Of a DNA stretch of 64,000 nucleotides, positions 53,027 to 62,755 are shown piece after piece; the stretch's first letter is position 1, and each line of letters opens with the position of its first letter. A program made the position numbers and the translations under genes. Location of the stretch: assembly GCA_965279525.1 (NCBI GenBank), contig CBDIIB010000005.1, positions 1,600,001-1,664,000 of the forward strand. Reading direction: 5' to 3'. This DNA comes from Tagaea sp. Its GTDB lineage: Bacteria > Pseudomonadota > Alphaproteobacteria > CACIAM-22H2. The notes under the pieces were generated by a model that saw only the letters and a list, made by a program, of their open reading frames with translations, was not told the DNA's origin and did no database searches.

Positions 53027-56000
53027 GGAACTCCCCTCAGCCGGTCGAGCAGCGCCGGCGCGTCGTTGGATCCCGGGCGCCACAGGCCGCGCTCGCGCGC
53101 CTCGGCGAAGCGTTCGGCCATCTCGCGCAAGGCGGGTGCGTTGACCGATGCGACGAAGTCGCGCGTATCGGCATCGCGCAGGTAGGCGTCGAAAAGCGCG
53201 TCGAACTGGCGGCTTTCCACGCATGGCGTGGTCGCGGCGAAGGCGAACAGGTAGTCGACCGTCGCGGCCATCTCGAATGCACCCTTGTAGCCGTGGCGCT
53301 TGCAGCCGTCGATCCACTTGGGATTGGTCGCGCGCGCACGCACCACGCGGGCGATCTCTTCCTTCAATGTGCGCACCTTGGGTGCTTCGGGCCGCGAGTG
53401 GTCGTTGTGGTAGAGCACGGGCGTGCGGCCGGAAAGCGCGGTCACGGCCGCGGCGAGGCCGCCTTCGAACTGGTAGTAGTCGTCGCTGTCGAGCAGGTCG
53501 TGCTCGCGGTTGTCCTGGTTGTGCAGCACCGCCTCGACCTGCGCGAGGCGCTTCTCGAACAGGTCGTGCGCCGCCTCGCCCTCCGCCCCGGCACGATACG
53601 CATAGCCGCCCCACGCCACGTAGGCGCGCGCGAGGTCGCCGGCATCGGACCAGCCGCCCTCGTCGATCAGCGCCTGGAGCCCGGCCCCATAGGCCCCCGG
53701 CTTCGAGCCGAACACGCGCGTGGCGGCCTCGCGCCCGCCGCCTTCGGCGCGCACGCGCGCGGCAAGCGGATTGAGATGTGCGGGCTCGTCGAGTGCGGCC
53801 ACCTTGCGTGCCGCCGCATCGAACAGGTCGATGAGGCCGGCGAACGCGTCGCGGAAGAAGCCCGACACGCGCAGTGTCACGTCCACGCGCGGCCGGTCGA
53901 GCAGGTCGGTCGACAGCACCTCGAAGCCGGTCACGCGCAGGCTCGACGGGTCCCAGGTGGGCTTGACGCCCATCAGCGCCAGCCCCTGCGCGATGTCGTC
54001 GCCGCCCGTGCGCATGTTGGCGGTCCCCCACGCCGACAGCGCCACGGCCTTGGGCCAGTCGCCGTGGTCCTGCAGGTGGCGCTCCAGCAGCAGCCCGGCC
54101 GATTTCCAGCCGAGCGCCCAGGCCGATGGCGTTGGCACCGCACGCAGATCGACCGAATAGAAGTTCCGGCCAGTGGGCAACACGTCGGGCCGGCCGCGCG
54201 ACGGGGCGCCCGACGGGCCGGGTGCCACGCGCCGCCCGGCGAGCCCGGCGAGCAGTGCCTCGATCTCGCGTGCACCGCTTTCGTCGAAGGCAGGGGCAAG
54301 CGTGTCGGCGATCCAGCCGGCGACCGCGCGGCTGGCGGGGCCGGGAGTTTCGTCGCCGTCGACCAGCCTTGCGGCCTGCGCTTCAAGCGCTTCAAGCGCA
54401 TCGCCGTGCACGGCCATGTCGCAGTCGAGCGGATCGAAGGAAAGACCGCGATCGCGGGCCAGCGCACGCAGCAGCGATTCGTCCTGCGGCCGGTTGCCGA
54501 GGCGTGGGCTGCGCGCAATTGCGACCAGCGTGTCGCGGCGCTGCGTGCCGGTCGGCGAGGTGCCGAACACGTGCAAGCCGTCGCGGATCTGGTGTTCCTT
54601 CAGCTCGCACAGCAGCCCGTCGAGCTTGGGCAGGGCCGTGTCGGCCGCATCGGTTTCGGCGATCCCGCATTCGTCGGCAAGGCCCGTGCGCCTGGCGATA
54701 TCGAGGATTTCGGCGGCGAGCGGCTTCATGCGGCGCGGGTCGAGGCGGCTCGCCTCGTCGTACTCGTCGATCAGCCGTTCGAGGGCCGCCTGCGGGCCGT
54801 GGGCGCCTGCGCGCGTCAGCGGCGGCGTCAGATGGTCGATCGTCACGGCCGACGCCCGGCGCTTGGCTTGCGTGCCTTCGCCCGGGTCGTTGACGATGAA
54901 GGGATAGAGATTGGGTAAGGCCCCGAGGGCCGCTTCAGGGAAGCATTCGTCCGATAGCGCGATGCCCTTGCCCGGCAGCCATTCGAGATTGCCGTGCTTG
55001 CCGACATGCACGACGGCGTCGAAGCTGCGCAGCCACGCATGGAACGCGAGATAGCCGTGCGGCGGGACAAGGGCGGGGTCGTGGTAGGTGGCGGCCGGAT
55101 CGATCTCGTAGCCGCGCGCGGGCTGGATCGCGACCGCGACATTGCCGAACAGGTGCACGGGCAGCACGAAGGCATCGCAATCGATGCGCGGATCGCGTTC
55201 GGCCACCCCCCAGCGCGCATCCACGGCCGCGCGGACCGGCTCCGGCTGTTTTGCGAAGAAGGCGAGATAGTCGGCCAACGGATAGCGGATGCCGCCAGCC
55301 GCAAGCTTGCGCCGGTTGGTCGGGCCGCCGAGCAGCAGCGACATCAAGGCCGCGGAGTCCGGCGGAAACACGTCGAGCGCGTAGCCGGAATCCGCCAACG
55401 CCTTCAGGATCGCGCAGGTCGCCGCCGGCGTGTCGAGACCGACACCGTTGGCAAGCCGCCCGTCCTTGCCCGGATAGTTGGCGAGCACGAGCGCGACCTT
55501 GCGCGCATCGGGCGCCTTGCGGCGCAGCTTCACCCAGTTGGCGGCGAGATCGGCGACGAACGCCACGCGGCCCGGTTCCGGCACGAAGCCGACGAGCTCG
55601 GTCTGGCAACTTTCGTCGCGCCCCAGCGGCCCCTTGAAGCCGACGGCGCGCGACAGGATGCGCCCGTCGAGTTCCGGCAGAGCCACGTTCATCGCGATGT
55701 CGCGCGGCGCAAGGCCGCGCGTGTCGGTCCGCCACGCCTCGACCGTCTGTGCGGCGAGCACCGCCTGCAGGACGGGCACGTCGAACGCGGCGAGCGGATC
55801 GCCTTCGCCCACGGCAAAGCCGGTGAGGTTGATCGCGATGTCGGGCGGGTTTGCGGCAAGCTCGGCCGCGAGGAACGCCGCGACCGCGGCGTCCTTCAGG
55901 CTCGACACGTAGAAGGCGTGCACGTCGAGGGCCCGTGCGGCAAGCGCTTCGACCAGTGCTTCGACCGCCGCAAGATCGCCCGCCTGATAATGCGCGCGAT

Positions 56001-56577
56001 AGAAGACGAGGGCCGCGACAGGTGCGCCGGGCCGCGCATGCGCGTGCACGAGGCGACCGGCGCGCGCGACGGGAACGGGCGGCGGTGCCGCCGTCGTGCC
56101 TTTGAGGAGATCGTCGAGGAAGGCGAGCGCGGCTTCGTAGTTCGCCGGCCCGCCATGCGTGAAGCAGGCATGCAGGCGGGCATGTGCCTCCGGCGTCACG
56201 GTCGAAAGCTGTTCGAGCTCGGCATCGCGCTTCTCGTCGCCGGGCAGCAACGCCAGCAGGGCGCCGGTCGCGCGCGCGGTCTCGACCAGCCGGTCCACGC
56301 CATAAGGCCAGTAGCTGCGCCCGCCCAGCAGGCGTGCCACGATGACCTTCGCCTTCCCGAGCGTCCTGTCGACATAGAGATCGACCGAATAGGGATGCTT
56401 GAGGGCGAGCGCGTTGGCGAGCCGCAGCTTCGTGCCCGTCGCGCGCCTGGCGCGCGCCAGCCCGACGATCTCGCTGTCGGCCATCGTAAGCACGCAGATG
56501 TCGGCCGCCGACTGGGCGAGATCGACCGCCCGGTCGTCGTCGAGGACAGTCCCCGGCGTGGCGGCCAGCAGATGCAT
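53023..56577 (-). CDS. cobN: Cobaltochelatase subunit CobN
   Basis: MHLLAA, LPELDGR, GLDTP, HVGKHGNLEWLPGK, NDPGEG, PTGRNFY, SGFFRD and HGYKGA. Confidence 0.95.
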   Translation of the reverse strand: MHLLAATPGTVLDDDRAVDLAQSAADICVLTMADSEIVGLARARRATGTKLRLANALALKHPYSVDLYVDRTLGKAKVIVARLLGGRSYWPYGVDRLVETARATGALLALLPGDEKRDAELEQLSTVTPEAHARLHACFTHGGPANYEAALAFLDDLLKGTTAAPPPVPVARAGRLVHAHARPGAPVAALVFYRAHYQAGDLAAVEALVEALAARALDVHAFYVSSLKDAAVAAFLAAELAANPPDIAINLTGFAVGEGDPLAAFDVPVLQAVLAAQTVEAWRTDTRGLAPRDIAMNVALPELDGRILSRAVGFKGPLGRDESCQTELVGFVPEPGRVAFVADLAANWVKLRRKAPDARKVALVLANYPGKDGRLANGVGLDTPAATCAILKALADSGYALDVFPPDSAALMSLLLGGPTNRRKLAAGGIRYPLADYLAFFAKQPEPVRAAVDARWGVAERDPRIDCDAFVLPVHLFGNVAVAIQPARGYEIDPAATYHDPALVPPHGYLAFHAWLRSFDAVVHVGKHGNLEWLPGKGIALSDECFPEAALGALPNLYPFIVNDPGEGTQAKRRASAVTIDHLTPPLTRAGAHGPQAALERLIDEYDEASRLDPRRMKPLAAEILDIARRTGLADECGIAETDAADTALPKLDGLLCELKEHQIRDGLHVFGTSPTGTQRRDTLVAIARSPRLGNRPQDESLLRALARDRGLSFDPLDCDMAVHGDALEALEAQAARLVDGDETPGPASRAVAGWIADTLAPAFDESGAREIEALLAGLAGRRVAPGPSGAPSRGRPDVLPTGRNFYSVDLRAVPTPSAWALGWKSAGLLLERHLQDHGDWPKAVALSAWGTANMRTGGDDIAQGLALMGVKPTWDPSSLRVTGFEVLSTDLLDRPRVDVTLRVSGFFRDAFAGLIDLFDAAARKVAALDEPAHLNPLAARVRAEGGGREAATRVFGSKPGAYGAGLQALIDEGGWSDAGDLARAYVAWGGYAYRAGAEGEAAHDLFEKRLAQVEAVLHNQDNREHDLLDSDDYYQFEGGLAAAVTALSGRTPVLYHNDHSRPEAPKVRTLKEEIARVVRARATNPKWIDGCKRHGYKGAFEMAATVDYLFAFAATTPCVESRQFDALFDAYLRDADTRDFVASVNAPALREMAERFAEARERGLWRPGSNDAPALLDRLRGVP

Positions 56578-57599
56578 CAGGCGAGGGCCGCGCGGATCGC
56601 GTGCTGGTCGATGCCCTTCTTGCCGATCACGACGAGCCGGCTGGCGCGTTCCTCGCCCTCGGCCCACGCGCGGTCGAAGTAGCGATCGACGCGCGGGCCC
56701 ACGGCCTGCACGGCAAGGCGCATCGGCTTGCCGGGCACGTCGAGAAAACCCTTGGCGCGCAGCACGTCGTGCCGTTCGATCGCGGCGACGAGCCGGCGTT
56801 CGAACGCGACCGGGTCGGCGACCGTGCCGGGTTCGACGACGAAGCTGTCGAAATCGTCGTGGTCGTGCTCGCCCTCGGCATCCGCGTGGCTGGGCCGGCT
56901 GGCGAGATCGTCTTCCGCGCGCGCGTCGAGGCCGAGCAGCACCGCAAGCGGAACGTCGCCGTGCGAGGCGGAAACAAGCTTGGCGCCCTTGCGCAGCCTG
57001 GCTGTCAGCTCGTCCGTCAGGCGCACGCGGTCGGGCGCGTCCATCGTGTCGGCCTTGGTCAGGAGCACCAGATCGGCGCAGGCGAGCTGGTCGGTGAACA
57101 CTTCCTCGAGCGGGTTGTCGTGATCGAGCGCCGGATCGGCCGCGCGCTGGGCGGCCAGCGCTTCCTCGTCGTCGGCGAAGCGGCCGGCGGCGAGGGCCGG
57201 GCCGTCGACCAGCGTCACCACGCCGTCGACCGTCGCGCGCGCCTTGACCGACGGCCAGTTGAACGCCTGCACGAGCGGCTTTGGCAACGCGAGGCCCGAC
57301 GTCTCGATCACGATGTGGTCGAGGGCGGGGACGCGGGCCAGCAGCGCTTCGAGCGTGGGCAGAAAATCGTCGGCGACGGTGCAGCAGATGCAGCCGTTGG
57401 CAAGCTCGACCACGTCGCCGGGCGCGCACGCATCGTCGCCGCAGCCCAGCAGCAGCTCGCGGTCCATGCCAAGCGCCCCGAACTCGTTGATGACGAAGGC
57501 GATGCGCCGGCCGTCCGCGCGCGCGGCGATGCGGCGCAGCAGCGTCGTCTTGCCGGCACCAAGGAAACCCGTGACGACGGTTGCGGGAACGCGCTTCAT
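56577..57599 (-). CDS. cobW: Cobalamin biosynthesis GTPase/metallochaperone CobW
   Basis: GFLGAGKTT, NEFG, GCICC, ETSGLALPKPL and His/Asp tract HDHDDF. Confidence 0.95.
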   Translation of the reverse strand: MKRVPATVVTGFLGAGKTTLLRRIAARADGRRIAFVINEFGALGMDRELLLGCGDDACAPGDVVELANGCICCTVADDFLPTLEALLARVPALDHIVIETSGLALPKPLVQAFNWPSVKARATVDGVVTLVDGPALAAGRFADDEEALAAQRAADPALDHDNPLEEVFTDQLACADLVLLTKADTMDAPDRVRLTDELTARLRKGAKLVSASHGDVPLAVLLGLDARAEDDLASRPSHADAEGEHDHDDFDSFVVEPGTVADPVAFERRLVAAIERHDVLRAKGFLDVPGKPMRLAVQAVGPRVDRYFDRAWAEGEERASRLVVIGKKGIDQHAIRAALA

Positions 57600-58162
57600 T
57601 TCTTCGATCCTTTCAAGAACAGCGGCAGTCCGGCCGCCACGAAAACCACGTGGGAAGCGACAGCACCGACCGCCTGATGCAGGCGGCCGGCATGGTCGCG
57701 GAATTCGCGGGCCATCGCGTTGTCGGGCACGATGCCGAGGCCCACTTCGTTGGAAACCAGCACGACCGGCCCCTTCGCGCGTTTCAGCGCCGCGCACAGC
57801 GTTTCGGTCTGCGCCGCGATGTCGCGCCGTGCCCCGAGCAGGTTGGCAAGCCACAGCGTCAGGCAGTCGACCAGCACCGGGGCGCCAGGCCTTGCGTGCG
57901 TGTCGAGGATGCCGGCGATGTCGAGCGGCTCTTCGTGTGTCGTCCAGTGCGCGCCACGCCGCTTGCGATGCACGTCGATGCGGTCACGCATCTCGCCGTC
58001 GCGCGGTTCGGCGGTCGCCAGATAGAGCGCCTTGGCACGCCCGCGCCGCAGGGCGAGCGCGCGCGTCTCGGCGAACGCGCTCTTGCCCGAGCGTGCACCG
58101 CCCAGGACGAGCACGATGGAATTTTTCTTGTCCGGCTTACGCGCGGACGGTCTTCCGGCCAT
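57596..58162 (-). CDS. cobU: Adenosylcobinamide kinase / guanylyltransferase (CobU/CobP)
   Basis: GGARSGKS, RIDVHR, VDCLTLWL and SNEVGLGIVP. Confidence 0.95.
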   Translation of the reverse strand: MAGRPSARKPDKKNSIVLVLGGARSGKSAFAETRALALRRGRAKALYLATAEPRDGEMRDRIDVHRKRRGAHWTTHEEPLDIAGILDTHARPGAPVLVDCLTLWLANLLGARRDIAAQTETLCAALKRAKGPVVLVSNEVGLGIVPDNAMAREFRDHAGRLHQAVGAVASHVVFVAAGLPLFLKGSKK

Positions 58163-58234
58163 TTCGCACCTGTTCCTCCCGCCGAGGACGGTTGTTGGTG
58201 GACGAACGCATGCGGAAATCCGCGCGTGCTCGGC

Positions 58235-58436
58235 TATCCGGGAGGTCTCCTGGCTCGGGGTCGACGGCCTGCCGCTCGGCGCCTTCCCGACCGCGGCGTG
58301 CGGCCAGTGGCTTTCGGAATGGCGGCGGACCTAACCCTTACAGTTGCGGGGGCAGCGCCGGGTTGGCATGCGAGGCATAAAAACTATGCCGAAACACGCT
58401 TCACCGGTCTTCCCTGTCCGGATGCAGGGACGTTAC
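58235..58436 (-). ncRNA. Cobalamin riboswitch
   Basis: Minus strand AGGGAA-GACCGGTG...CCGGCGCTGCCCCCGCAACTGTA...GCCACTG...GGGAAGG...GAGCCAGGAGACCT (B12 box), upstream of cobU-W-N-O-Q. Confidence 0.93.
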
Positions 58437-58482
58437 TATCACGCCGAATTGGTGGAAACCAGCAGGCAGAAGGCGGAACGCC

Positions 58483-59310
58483 ATGCACCGGGGACTTGTC
58501 GGAATTCTCGCGGGAATCGCGGCCCTGCTGGCTGCCGGGCCGCTTGGCGCCCAGTCGCCCGGCCCGCCGCAGGGCACGATCCTGCAGCGCGCGCAGGAGG
58601 CCATTCCCGACAAGGTCAAGTTCGGCCAGCAGATCGGTGTCAGCAACCGCGTGACGCGCGACGGCCGCTTGTTCGTGACGACGTGGTCGCCGCTGCCGTC
58701 GCCCAAGGGCTGGATCGTCGTGCTGCCCGATGCCAAAGGCTGGGCACAGGAAGAAATCGCGCTGTGGCACCCCACGCTGGTGCGCCGCCAGGTCGGCATC
58801 ATTGCCATGCAGTGGTGGTACGGCACGGGCGACGGCCCCGCGCATTATGCGCAGGCCGACGTGATCTACCGCGAACTCGAGCAGGCCTTGCGCACGGTCG
58901 GCATGAAGCCCGGCTCGCTGCTGCTCTACGGCATCGGCCGCGGCGCCGAAACGGCGTTCGCGGTGCAGGCCCTCGACCGGCATTCCGGCGGGCGGTTCTT
59001 CGCGGCGACGATCGTCAACTCGGGTGCCATGGCCGAGGATCTGCCCGCCAACCGGCGCGTGGCGCAAGGCCAGTTCGGCCTCGGGCCGTTCGACGACACG
59101 CGCTGGATGTACTTCTGCGGCGGCAGGGATGCCGAGCCCGAGCGCGCGGGCTGCGCCACGATGCGCGGTGCCTTCAACGCCGTGAAGCGCTTCGGCGGCA
59201 AGAACGAACTGTTCGTCGAGGACCCGGCCGGCAACCGCGCCAGCTTCCTGCGCACCGCAAAGAACGTCGATGCGGTGCTGGACAAATACCTGTCGTTGCC
59301 GCGCCCCTGA
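58483..59310 (+). CDS. Hypothetical secreted protein, probable alpha/beta-hydrolase-like fold
   Basis: Signal peptide; WIVVLP strand; LLYGIGRGA elbow-like motif; YFCGGRD. Confidence 0.65.
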   Translation: MHRGLVGILAGIAALLAAGPLGAQSPGPPQGTILQRAQEAIPDKVKFGQQIGVSNRVTRDGRLFVTTWSPLPSPKGWIVVLPDAKGWAQEEIALWHPTLVRRQVGIIAMQWWYGTGDGPAHYAQADVIYRELEQALRTVGMKPGSLLLYGIGRGAETAFAVQALDRHSGGRFFAATIVNSGAMAEDLPANRRVAQGQFGLGPFDDTRWMYFCGGRDAEPERAGCATMRGAFNAVKRFGGKNELFVEDPAGNRASFLRTAKNVDAVLDKYLSLPRP

Positions 59311-59333
59311 TCGTCGGACTCAGGCCGCCCGCC

Positions 59334-59975
59334 TCAGGCCGGCGGACGGTTGACGAAACCCACCCGCCACGAATGGCCGATGCCGGCCCCGTCGAGCCGG
59401 TCGATGCGCGTGACCGACAGCGTGTCGATCGTCAGGGCGAGGGCCGCTTCCGAATCGAGGCCCAGCGCATGGGCCACGCACGCGCGGATCGTGCCGCCAT
59501 GGCAGACGACCGGCACGTCCTGCCCGCGGAAATTCGCGGCAAGCTCGTCGAGCGTGCGGCCGACGCGGGCGCGCACTTCCTTGAAGCTCTCGCCGTTGTC
59601 CGGCTTGATGTCGGCCATCGTCAGCCAATGGCGGTGCGTCTTCTCCGGCGGACCGAAGCCGTAGGCGCCGATCTCCACATACGTCTTGCCCTGCCAGTCG
59701 CCGAAGCACTGCTCGATCATGCCGGGCGAGACGGTCGGCTCGGGCTGCGGCTTGCCCTTGGCGGCCCAGATCGCCTTTGCCGTGCGCTGCGTGCGCGACA
59801 GCGGCGTGACGTGCCAGGCACCCTTGTCGGGCACGATGCGCGCGAGACCGGCGAAGGCGGCTTCGTTCGTCGTGTCGCACTCGACGTCCTTGGTGCCGTA
59901 GCAGTGGCCTTGCTGGCCGACGACCGGGGCGTGACGCACCAGCCAGAAACGCGTTTCGATCAGGCCTTCGATCAT
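59334..59975 (-). CDS. Histidine phosphatase family protein (alpha-ribazole phosphatase-like)
   Basis: LVRHAP, TPLSRTQRTA, EQCFGDWQG, GES and VCHGGTIR; directly downstream of cobS. Confidence 0.85.
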   Translation of the reverse strand: MIEGLIETRFWLVRHAPVVGQQGHCYGTKDVECDTTNEAAFAGLARIVPDKGAWHVTPLSRTQRTAKAIWAAKGKPQPEPTVSPGMIEQCFGDWQGKTYVEIGAYGFGPPEKTHRHWLTMADIKPDNGESFKEVRARVGRTLDELAANFRGQDVPVVCHGGTIRACVAHALGLDSEAALALTIDTLSVTRIDRLDGAGIGHSWRVGFVNRPPA

Positions 59976-59985
59976 TGGAACCTCT

Positions 59986-60774
59986 TCACCAGGATTGCGC
60001 GATAAGTGCTGCCAGCAGGATGGCGATCTCCGCCATCTGCTGGACGCTTCCGAGAACGTCGCCGGTCTGCCCGCCGAGGAGGCCGCGCGCCCGATGCACG
60101 ACCGCAAGCGTCGCGAAAGCGGCAAGCGGCAATGCCACCAGCGCGCCCGGCCCGCCCATCGCCAGCAGGAAGACCGCACCGATGGCGAGCGCGTCGAGCG
60201 TGCGCGCCTGGCTCGGCCGGCCGGCGCGCCGCGCCATCCCGTCGTCGCGCGCGAAGGGCAGCACGTGCATGGCGTAGACGATGCAGGCGCGCGACGCGCA
60301 CGACGCGGCGACAAGCACGCACGCCACGTCGAAGGGATCGGCAAGATAGGAGAGTGCTCCGGCGCGCAGCGAGACCGACACGATCAACGCGAGAACGCCG
60401 AACGCGCCGATGCGGCTGTCGCGCATCACGGCAAGGCGGCGCTCGGGGTCGCGCACCCCGGCAGCGTCAGCAAAATCGGCAAGGCCGTCTTCGTGGAGGG
60501 CCCCGGTCGTCATCATCATGGCGGCAAGCGCCAGCAGGCCGGATAGCGTCGGCGGAATCCCGAGAGTCCAGGCAATCGCGTAGACGAACGAGCCGGCGAA
60601 CGCCACCGGCAGGCCCGCGAACGGGAAGGCGCGCACCGCCGCGGCAAGCGGATTGTCGGCGACGTGCATGGGCAGGCGCACGGGGATGCGCGTCAGGAAG
60701 GCGAGGGCGAGGCGCAGCTCGTTGCCGAATCCCGGCCGGGCGGTGGTCTCGTCGGGATCGGGGGCGGCGGACAT
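59986..60774 (-). CDS. cobS: Adenosylcobinamide-GDP ribazoletransferase (cobalamin synthase, CobS/CobV)
   Basis: FLTRIP, TGALHEDGLADFAD, MRDSRIGAFG and GGQTGDVLG. Confidence 0.95.
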   Translation of the reverse strand: MSAAPDPDETTARPGFGNELRLALAFLTRIPVRLPMHVADNPLAAAVRAFPFAGLPVAFAGSFVYAIAWTLGIPPTLSGLLALAAMMMTTGALHEDGLADFADAAGVRDPERRLAVMRDSRIGAFGVLALIVSVSLRAGALSYLADPFDVACVLVAASCASRACIVYAMHVLPFARDDGMARRAGRPSQARTLDALAIGAVFLLAMGGPGALVALPLAAFATLAVVHRARGLLGGQTGDVLGSVQQMAEIAILLAALIAQSW

Positions 60775-60870
60775 TCGGGGGCGGGCCGTAAACGCGGGCT
60801 TGCGGAGAAGGGCGCGGGAAGATAGGACGCCTTCGTCACCGACGCCAGCCAAGAAAGCCCGCCCCCTCAA

Positions 60871-61890
60871 ATGCGCCAGCCCGTCGCCCGCTTTTCCGAG
60901 ATCCTCTCCCTGTTGCCCGAGCTGCCGGGGCCGGACCTCGAATCCACGACGAAAGCGGCACTTCGCGAGGCCCAGCTCACCAAGCCCGCCGGTGCACTCG
61001 GCCGGCTTGAGGAACTGGCAGGCTGGATGTCGACCTGGCAGGCGGCCCATCCGCCGCGCCTCAACCGTCCGCGCGTCGCGGTCTTCGCCGCCAATCACGG
61101 GGTCGCGGCGCGCGGCGTGTCGGCATTTCCGGCCGCCGTCACCGCCCAGATGGTGCAGAACTTCATTTCCGGCGGGGCGGCGGTCAACCAGCTCTGCACC
61201 GCGTTCGACGCCGAACTGCGCGTCTACGAAATGGCGCTCGAGCGGCCGACCGCGGATTTCGCCCAGGGCCCCGCGATGGACGAGGAAGAGTGTGCGCGCG
61301 CCATCGCCTACGGGATGATGGCGGTGGAGCCGGGCATCGACCTGCTGTGCCTGGGCGAGATGGGCATCGCCAACACGACGTCGGCCTCGGCCCTGTGCGT
61401 GGGCCTGTTCGGCGGGACGGCCGTCGACTGGGTCGGGCCGGGGACGGGCGTTGCCGGATCGGCGCTGGCGCGCAAGATCGAGACGGTCGACATTGCCGCG
61501 AAACTGCATTTCCAGGAAAGGCGCGCCCCGCTCGACCTGCTCGCGCGCGTCGGCGGCTTCGAGCTGTCGGCCATCGTCGGTGCCATCCTTGCCGCACGCC
61601 TGGCGCGCGTCCCGGTTCTGCTCGACGGGTTCGCCTGCACGGTCGCAGGCGCCATCGTCCACGCGCTCGATCCGCACGGGCTCGACCATTGCCAGATCGC
61701 CCACCTGTCGGCGGAGCCCGGCCACCGCCGGCTGCTCGACAAGCTCGGCCGCACGGCCCTGCTCGATTTCGGCATGCGGCTGGGCGAGGCGTCGGGGGCG
61801 GCCCTTGCCATCGCGGTCGTGCGCGCGGCGGTGGCCTGCCACACCGGCATGGCGACGTTCGCGGATGCCGGCGTGGCGGGGAAGGCCTGA
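60871..61890 (+). CDS. cobT: Nicotinate-nucleotide-dimethylbenzimidazole phosphoribosyltransferase
   Basis: LTKPAGALGRLE, ANHGV, GEMGIANTT, GPGTG, LGEASGA and MATF. Confidence 0.95.
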   Translation: MRQPVARFSEILSLLPELPGPDLESTTKAALREAQLTKPAGALGRLEELAGWMSTWQAAHPPRLNRPRVAVFAANHGVAARGVSAFPAAVTAQMVQNFISGGAAVNQLCTAFDAELRVYEMALERPTADFAQGPAMDEEECARAIAYGMMAVEPGIDLLCLGEMGIANTTSASALCVGLFGGTAVDWVGPGTGVAGSALARKIETVDIAAKLHFQERRAPLDLLARVGGFELSAIVGAILAARLARVPVLLDGFACTVAGAIVHALDPHGLDHCQIAHLSAEPGHRRLLDKLGRTALLDFGMRLGEASGAALAIAVVRAAVACHTGMATFADAGVAGKA

Positions 61891-61894
61891 CCCG

Positions 61895-62755
61895 TCAGGC
61901 GAAGCGCTTGGCGCCCGCCACGCACAGCACGACCAGCGCTGTCACGGCGACCATGGACCAGGCGACAGGCTCGCCCAGCAGCAGGCCGGCAAGCGCCAGC
62001 CCGAAGAAGGGCTGGAGCAGCTGCAGTTGCCCCACGCCCGCGATCCCGCCCAGCGCCAGCCCCCGATACCAGAACACGAAGCCGACCAGCATGCTGAAGA
62101 CCGATACGTAAGCAAGCCCGGCCCAGGCCGGCAGCCCGATTCCGTCCAGCGTTTCCGGAAGCGTGGCGAACGCGAGGATCGCCATCGCGGGTAGCGACAG
62201 CAACAGCGCCCACGAGATGACCTGCCATCCGCCGAGCCGGCGCGAAAGAGTGGCGCCCTCGGCGTAGCCGAGACCGCAGAGCAGGATTGCCGCAAGCATG
62301 TAGAGATCGCCGTCGAGCGAGCCGCTCGTGCTCTGCGACAGCGCGAAGCCCGCGACCGAGAAGCCGCCGACGACGGAGAACAGCCAGAAGGCCGGCTTGG
62401 GCCGTTCGCCGCCGCGCAGCACGCCGAACAAGGCGGTCGCGAGTGGCAGCAGCCCGATGAAGACGATCGAGTGCGCCGAGGTGATGTACTGGAGTGCGAG
62501 AGCCGTCAGCAGCGGGAAGCCCACCACCACGCCCAGCGCCACGATGGCGAGCGGACCCAGATCGCGCATTTCCGGCCGGCTTTGCCGCAGCAGCAGGAGC
62601 ATCGTCGAGCCGAGCAGCGCGGCGATCACGGCCCGGGCCGAGGTCAGGAACAGCGGGGCGAATCCCTCGACCGCCACGCGCGTGGCCGGCAGCGATCCGC
62701 TGAAAATGAGCATGCCGAGGAACCCGCTGCCCCATCCATCCGTCGTGCGCTGCAT
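61895..62755 (-). CDS. DMT/EamA family transporter
   Basis: FSGSLPATR, GFPLL, GYAEG, WYRGLALGG and QLQLLQPF. Confidence 0.9.
   Translation of the reverse strand: MQRTTDGWGSGFLGMLIFSGSLPATRVAVEGFAPLFLTSARAVIAALLGSTMLLLLRQSRPEMRDLGPLAIVALGVVVGFPLLTALALQYITSAHSIVFIGLLPLATALFGVLRGGERPKPAFWLFSVVGGFSVAGFALSQSTSGSLDGDLYMLAAILLCGLGYAEGATLSRRLGGWQVISWALLLSLPAMAILAFATLPETLDGIGLPAWAGLAYVSVFSMLVGFVFWYRGLALGGIAGVGQLQLLQPFFGLALAGLLLGEPVAWSMVAVTALVVLCVAGAKRFA

Noticed and set aside
53023-57429. ORF-track 1468-aa CobN and other long N-terminal extensions (cobM, cobO, cobB, argF, hslO)
   Set aside because: The extensions overlap upstream genes in other frames. Conserved N-termini and stop/start overlaps define shorter starts.
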